From a plasmid, in sequence record NZ_CP048628.1: 46,189 nt of DNA. One strand, given 5' to 3'. Positions 45,790-46,189 of the stretch are shown piece by piece. The notes beneath the pieces were generated by a model, which was not told the origin of the DNA, did no database searches, and saw only the letters and a program-made list of their open reading frames with translations. Within the stretch, counting starts at the first letter, position 1, and the number at the start of each line of letters is the position of its first letter. The translations under genes and the position numbers were made by a program.

Positions 45790-46189
45790 TGAATAATAGA
45801 GTCATTGCTATTGTAAATCAAAAAGGTGGTGTCGGCAAAACATCTTGTACTTTAAATATTGGGGCTGGATTAGCATTAAAAAATAAAAAAGTTTTATATA
45901 TAGATGCAGATGCCCAAGGAAATCTCACAGTAGGTCTAGGAATACGCAACACTGATGGAGAAAACACCATCTTTGAAGTATTAAAGGGAGAATGTTCTAT
46001 TAAAGATGCCATTATAAAAACCACAAACAATGCTTCTATTTTGCCAGCAGATATCGCTCTTGCTGCCGCTGATTTAGAGCTTGCCAATGAACCAGGTAAA
46101 GATTTTCTATTACATGAAGCCATTAATTTAGTAAAAAATGAATATGATTATATTTTAATTGATTGCCCTCCGTCTTTGGGTATGATGAC
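45790..46189 (+). CDS. parA: ParA-family ATPase, N-terminal part (continues at 1..373)
   Basis: RBS attggaggttaccctcATG; Walker A NQKGGVGKTS. Confidence 0.85.

Noticed and set aside
45818-46123. 101-aa minus-strand ORF inside parA
   Set aside because: Antisense to the ParA N-terminus, which has a clear Walker A motif.

Overview
The window reads as a complete circular conjugative plasmid of about 46.2 kb, linearised inside a parA gene. The ParA reading frame runs in frame from the last base (46189) into base 1, so the two window ends are one gene. The DNA is AT-rich (roughly 25-30% GC by eye, not computed). The transfer genes include VirB9 and VirB10 homologues plus a lipoprotein, which fits an AT-rich Gram-negative host (possibly Fusobacterium-like); this is a guess from composition, gene content and the strong GGAGG ribosome-binding sites.

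Content, in window order:
- Two ParA-type partition cassettes with iteron and palindrome centromere/operator candidates.
- A serine recombinase with a candidate res site.
- An Rpn/YhgA-like nuclease gene with a tandem duplication of its 3' end.
- An ArdC-like gene interrupted at a T7 homopolymer.
- A ToxN/AbiQ-like toxin gene preceded by a short tandem-repeat RNA array (type III toxin-antitoxin architecture), plus an orphan second array.
- A MobA/MobL relaxase with a GC-rich palindrome cluster upstream (oriT candidate).
- A roughly 15 kb type IV secretion (T4SS) operon: VirB8, VirB9, VirB10, VirD4, VirB11, VirB2, VirB3, VirB4, VirB5 and VirB6 homologues, an unusual M23-peptidase/VirB6-like/lytic-transglycosylase fusion, and a TraF-like peptidase.
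- Topoisomerase III.
- A toxin module: a Fic protein with a VbhA-like small partner, then a HipA-like kinase with a second VbhA-like small gene.
- An Fst/par-like type I toxin-antitoxin candidate (35-aa hydrophobic peptide with a convergent small RNA).
- A leading-region operon (ArdA, acidic protein, SSB, 549-aa zinc-ribbon protein).
- An IS605-family TnpB.
- A GC-richer island carrying a Dam-family methyltransferase, a candidate restriction endonuclease, and an ORF-free structured stretch.

The signal I find most interesting is a conserved C-terminal tail, KQKI[VI]MKFPxxDxxNNxxM, shared by four otherwise unrelated proteins: the ArdC-like protein, the ToxN-like toxin, the Fic toxin and the HipA-like kinase. 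By analogy with ArdC and VbhT, I read it as a possible translocation signal for delivering these proteins through the conjugative T4SS.
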